61,147 nucleotides of DNA from positions 1 to 61,147 of the forward strand of contig JAFGHW010000048.1 of assembly GCA_016929895.1 (NCBI GenBank), in the 5' to 3' direction. The position numbers and the translations under genes are program-made. Each line of letters begins with the position of its first letter. The first letter of the stretch is position 1. A model generated the notes under the pieces. That model searched no databases. It saw only the letters and a program-made list of their open reading frames with translations, and was not told the origin of the DNA. The stretch comes from Candidatus Woesearchaeota archaeon. GTDB lineage: Archaea > Nanobdellota > Nanobdellia > Woesearchaeales > ARS49. Below, one piece after another: positions 57,187 through 61,147 of this stretch.

Positions 57187-58428
57187 ATGAATATAACAAA
57201 GTTAATACCAATAATGGTTCTATTCTTAGTATTAGCAGTAGCAAGCGTAAGCGCACTGCCAATAACTATTGAAAAAGTAAAAATAGACGACACCATACTA
57301 GAGCCAAACGAATCAAACAAATTAAGCATAGAAAGAGGAGACGAACTACCAGTAGACGTATATTTTACTGTATCTGAAGACGTAGAAAATCTAGAAGTAC
57401 TAGCATTTATCTCAGGATACGAATACAACTACCTAGACCCTGTATCAGACTCTATAGGACCATTTGATGCAGAAGCAGATGTAAAATATCACAAAAAATT
57501 AAAACTAAACCTAAATGATGATTTTGACGAAGACAGCTACAAACTAAGAATAGTAGTATCAGACAGATACGGCGAAGAAGTAATCCAATCCTTTAACCTA
57601 AAAGTAGATGTACCAAGACACGAACTAAAAATCCAAGACGTAATCTTCAACCCTGAACTAAACATAAAAGCAGGAAGCGCGCTATTGGCGCAGGTAAGAC
57701 TAGAAAACAAAGGGGAAAAACAAGAAGACGACATAAAAGTAAAAGTATCAATACCAGAACTAGGGGTATCAGGAGCAGACTATGTAGATGAAATTGAAGA
57801 TACAGATGACAGCGAAGAATCAGAAGAAATCTACCTAAGAATACCAATGTGCGCAAAACCAGGAATATATGAAGTTAAAGTTTCAGCAGAATACGCAAAC
57901 GGACGAAGACAAATATCAACAATAAAATCAATAAATATCGAAGCAAATGACATGTGCGAAGAAACACCAAAAGTAAAAACAACAATAACTTTAGGAAAAC
58001 AACTAGAGAATGTATTGGCTGGAGAAACTGCAACCTATCCAATAACAATAACTAATAACTTAAAACAAAGCAAAAGCTACACAGTTAGCCTTGATGCAGG
58101 AGACTGGGCAGAAAGTGTTAAACTAACACCAGCAAGCACAATACTTGTTGACGGAGAAAGCTCAGAGACAATCTATGTTCATGCAACAACAGACTCAAAA
58201 ACAACAGGAGCAAAAGTATTAACTGCAACAATCAGCTCAGCAGGAAATACATTAAAACAACTAATATTAACTACAAATATTACAGCAAAACCATCAAATT
58301 GGCTAAAGCTAGCATTTGAAGCAATAGTGATTATTCTAGCAATCTTAGTAATACTAGTTGCAATAATCGTTGGATACTTAAAGTTAAAAGAAGACAACGA
58401 CGACACACAATCTGAAACCTACTATTAA
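57187..58428 (+). CDS. Putative S-layer / cell-surface protein with Ig-like (CARDB/NEW3-like) domains and a C-terminal TM anchor
   Basis: Signal peptide (..SVSA), beta-rich acidic domains (VRLENKG, PGIYEVKV, YPITITN), TM, tail ending ETYY, strong codon bias. Start moved to ATG 57187. Confidence 0.7.
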   Translation: MNITKLIPIMVLFLVLAVASVSALPITIEKVKIDDTILEPNESNKLSIERGDELPVDVYFTVSEDVENLEVLAFISGYEYNYLDPVSDSIGPFDAEADVKYHKKLKLNLNDDFDEDSYKLRIVVSDRYGEEVIQSFNLKVDVPRHELKIQDVIFNPELNIKAGSALLAQVRLENKGEKQEDDIKVKVSIPELGVSGADYVDEIEDTDDSEESEEIYLRIPMCAKPGIYEVKVSAEYANGRRQISTIKSINIEANDMCEETPKVKTTITLGKQLENVLAGETATYPITITNNLKQSKSYTVSLDAGDWAESVKLTPASTILVDGESSETIYVHATTDSKTTGAKVLTATISSAGNTLKQLILTTNITAKPSNWLKLAFEAIVIILAILVILVAIIVGYLKLKEDNDDTQSETYY

Positions 58429-58472
58429 ACAATGGTTTCATTATTTTTTTCTTATTCAAAAAGGCAGGGAGC

Positions 58473-61031
58473 ATGAAAAAACTAATAATAACAACATTAG
58501 TGGTGATTCTGCTTCTTTTACCTGTAACTCTTGCCCAAGAAGATTTTACTGCGCAAGCAAAATCATTATATTCCCTTGAAAAATGCGTTAGTGAGAAAAA
58601 TATAATCACATTAACAAATACAGGAACACAAACAAACAATTATTTAATCGCAGGTGCGGGAAAAACCAAAGACTGGGTTCAATATCCCGGAATGTTCTCT
58701 ATCGAGCCAGGAAAAACAGTAAATGTAGAAACAATAATAGCAATTCCATGCGTTATTCCTGCAGGAAATTATCAACTAATACACTTAGTTTCAACAACTA
58801 CTGGCTTGGAAAAAGAAATAATCCAAGACTTGGTAGTTGAAGACACACAAAATATCATAGTAACAGTTGATTCAACAGAAAAAACAATAAAACCATGCAC
58901 CGAAGCGGCATATTCACTTAAAATAACAAATCCTTCAAGCTTTCAAGAAAAATATAAACTTTCTATAGACAACCCGGACGCAGAATTATCCACAGAAGAA
59001 ATAACAATAAATCCAAACGAAACAAAACAAATAACACTTACATTTGAACCAACAGATTGCTTTCAAACAGGCGAAAAAACACTGTTGTTTTCTGCTGAAA
59101 CCGAAAAAACAAAATTAATAGCAGAATTAGACCTTTTTGTTGAAATCCAAAATTATGGACTGCCAGAAATAGCATCAGGAGTCAACAAAATCAGAACATA
59201 TTATAATGAAAATATAGTTGATTTAGAAATTTTAAACAAGGGAGAGGAAGATACAAGTTATATTGTAAGCGTAACCGGAGCAGACTGGATAACAGTATCA
59301 CCAAGAATATTATCAGTAGAGCGCGGTAAAACAGAAGAAATAACCCTGAATTTGGCGCCAACTTCAGAAATAAAAAAAGGGAAATATCCAATTAAAATAA
59401 GCGCAGAACTAGAAGAAACGGGCGCAAAATATGAAAAAGAAATAATAGTAAAGCTAACCACTCATGGAGTTATTGACAATCTTTTTGACAAATACCTGCC
59501 ATTAACAGTTCTAATTATAATCGCATTGATAGTATTTGGAATAATCTCAGTTTATGCAATACAACACATGTCCACAGAAGAATACCAAAAACAAAAATTA
59601 AAAAGGCTAAAAGAAAAAGAAAAATTAAAGAAACAGCGCGAAAGAGAAAAAGCAAGAAAGAAAAAAGAAAAAGAACGACTAAAAAAAGAACGCGCTAATG
59701 AAAAGAAAAGAATAAAAGAAGAACGCCAAAAACAAAAAGAGAAAAAAATGCGGGAAAAAGAACGCAAAAAAGAAGCAAAACTAAGACTAAAAGCGCAAAA
59801 AGAAAAAGACCTGGAACGAAAAAGAAAAGAAAAAGAAAAAGAAGAAAAGAAAAGAGCACAAACATATCAAAAAGAACTAAGAAAAGAATATCATATAATC
59901 GCCAGAAAAGACATAATCGCGGGGAAACAAGAAAGAAAAATATTCTCTAAACTACTATTTGTATTGATACTACTTGTTCTTTTGGTAATAGCAATTGTTT
60001 TTATCAAACCAATCATAAACAACGTAAAATACGTTCTTCTAGGAATAATACTGCTGATATTATTATTTATTCTCGGAAAAATAAGACGAAAAAGAATAGT
60101 TAAAACAAAATGGAAAGGAATATCCTTAGCAAAAGAGAAAAAGATATTTGACATAAACTGGAAAAAAGGACTGCAACAAATCAAAATTAAACTAGAAACC
60201 CCAATTAAAAATTTTGCTGCCAAAGTAAAAAAAGGCCGCGGAAGAAACGAACGATACATATGCATAGACGAGCATATATACCAATATTTCAGAACAGAAA
60301 CAAACACAGACCAAGAAAATATTTCTGAAACAGAAATAACCTTCAAAGTCCCGCAAAAATGGCTCAAAAATAAAAAAATAGATGAAGAAGAAGTAGCACT
60401 TTATTACTTAGATAACGGAGAATGGAAAGAAATAGAAACAGAAAAAACAGGCTGGGACGAAAAATACGTATTTTTCAAAGCATATGCTGAGAAACTAGGC
60501 CAATTTGCAATAATCGGAACAGAAACAGCAGAAGAAATCAAAGAAGAAAAACCAAAAAAAAGCAAAGGCATACTAGCATTGATAGGCATTATAGTTATTG
60601 CTTTATTGATATTCTTATTATTAAAACCTGCTTCTATAGAACCAACAGCAGGAATTCCAACCCAAACATGGCTGCAAGGAGAACAACAAAGCCTTGATTT
60701 AAACGATTATTTTAAAGACCCTGACGGAGATTTATTAGAATTTAGTGCACTTAATGAAGTAGAAAATATAGACATATGGTTTAAAGATGGAATAGCATAT
60801 CTGACTCCTGACGCAGACTTTACAGGTGAAAGAACAATTATATTCGCAGCAGACGACAACAAAGGAGGATATGCAGAAAGCAATCCTGTAAAATTAATTG
60901 TTAAGAACAAGGTAATGAACAGCACATCTAAAATTATTAAATACGGATTAGGAATAATAATACTATTAGCCATAATAACAGTTATAATTAAATTCATTTT
61001 GATGATTAGAGAGAATTTAAGGGATGATTAA
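58473..61031 (+). CDS. Multi-domain membrane protein: Ig-like repeats, charged helix, PGF-pre-PGF-like domain and cadherin-like domain
   Basis: Signal peptide, LTNTG/ITNP/ILNKG repeats, about 105-aa K/E/R tract, HIYQYF...FKVPQKWL...VALY...W...GQFAI, DLNDYFKDPDGD, five TM segments. Confidence 0.75.
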   Translation: MKKLIITTLVVILLLLPVTLAQEDFTAQAKSLYSLEKCVSEKNIITLTNTGTQTNNYLIAGAGKTKDWVQYPGMFSIEPGKTVNVETIIAIPCVIPAGNYQLIHLVSTTTGLEKEIIQDLVVEDTQNIIVTVDSTEKTIKPCTEAAYSLKITNPSSFQEKYKLSIDNPDAELSTEEITINPNETKQITLTFEPTDCFQTGEKTLLFSAETEKTKLIAELDLFVEIQNYGLPEIASGVNKIRTYYNENIVDLEILNKGEEDTSYIVSVTGADWITVSPRILSVERGKTEEITLNLAPTSEIKKGKYPIKISAELEETGAKYEKEIIVKLTTHGVIDNLFDKYLPLTVLIIIALIVFGIISVYAIQHMSTEEYQKQKLKRLKEKEKLKKQREREKARKKKEKERLKKERANEKKRIKEERQKQKEKKMREKERKKEAKLRLKAQKEKDLERKRKEKEKEEKKRAQTYQKELRKEYHIIARKDIIAGKQERKIFSKLLFVLILLVLLVIAIVFIKPIINNVKYVLLGIILLILLFILGKIRRKRIVKTKWKGISLAKEKKIFDINWKKGLQQIKIKLETPIKNFAAKVKKGRGRNERYICIDEHIYQYFRTETNTDQENISETEITFKVPQKWLKNKKIDEEEVALYYLDNGEWKEIETEKTGWDEKYVFFKAYAEKLGQFAIIGTETAEEIKEEKPKKSKGILALIGIIVIALLIFLLLKPASIEPTAGIPTQTWLQGEQQSLDLNDYFKDPDGDLLEFSALNEVENIDIWFKDGIAYLTPDADFTGERTIIFAADDNKGGYAESNPVKLIVKNKVMNSTSKIIKYGLGIIILLAIITVIIKFILMIRENLRDD

Positions 61032-61065
61032 AGGGAGAATTTTTCTTATTCTTTGGAAAAAATAG

Positions 61066-61147
61066 TGGGGGCGCAGGGATTTGAACCCCGATCCACCGGT
61101 ATCTTCTGAACTCCACAACTGGAGCCGGTAATAATAGCCGGGTTATA
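61066..61147 (-). tRNA. tRNA-Trp(CCA) with an 18-nt intron at 37/38; 5' end outside the window; CCA tail not encoded
   Basis: Minus strand: ACCGG-CTCCAG-[TTGTGGAGTTCAGAAGAT]-A-CCGGT, T-arm CGGGG-TTCAAAT-CCCTG, acceptor CGCCCCC-A. Anticodon at 61122-61120, intron at 61118-61101. Confidence 0.9.

Noticed and set aside
59575..59890. A-rich tract as a DNA tandem repeat
   Set aside because: It is explained by Lys/Glu/Arg codons and has no fixed repeat unit.
792..60997. Numerous 60-160 aa ORFs antisense to or nested in the called genes
   Set aside because: They are shadow frames of AT-rich genes with clear family motifs and have no motifs of their own.
61032..61147. tRNA as the attachment site of an integrated element
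   Set aside because: No integrase, transposase or duplicated tRNA 3' end was noticed in the window.
1..61147. Alternative genetic code or stop-codon readthrough
   Set aside because: Recognisable genes are full length under code 11, and TAA, TAG and TGA all end genes at expected positions.

Overview
AT-rich archaeal DNA, most likely DPANN (Woesearchaeota-like; the lineage is inferred). Archaeal signs are an STT3/AglB with WWDFG, BRE-TATA promoters about 22-26 nt upstream of many leaderless ATGs, a geranylgeranyl reductase, a PGF-pre-PGF domain protein and an intron-containing tRNA-Trp. Bases ~800-53500 form one very large surface-glycan locus. It encodes phosphonate enzymes (phosphonopyruvate decarboxylase and phosphonoacetaldehyde reductase), a Wzx-type flippase, five GT4s, four DPM-like GT2s, four GT-C-type membrane proteins, Gmd plus perosamine synthase, four DegT aminotransferases in total, a WbpB/D/E-like module, four cobalamin-dependent radical SAM enzymes, one SPASM radical SAM enzyme and an NDP-heptose module flanked by two GT9 heptosyltransferases. 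Cell-surface genes and a 5'-truncated tRNA-Trp follow. The best leads are: a heptokinase fused to a PMI-like cupin where GmhA is missing, an AglB-FKBP fusion, a lipoprotein with a beta-barrel-like sequence pattern in an archaeon, and possible phosphonate or radical-methylated glycan decoration. All calls come from motif recognition by eye; no searches were run.
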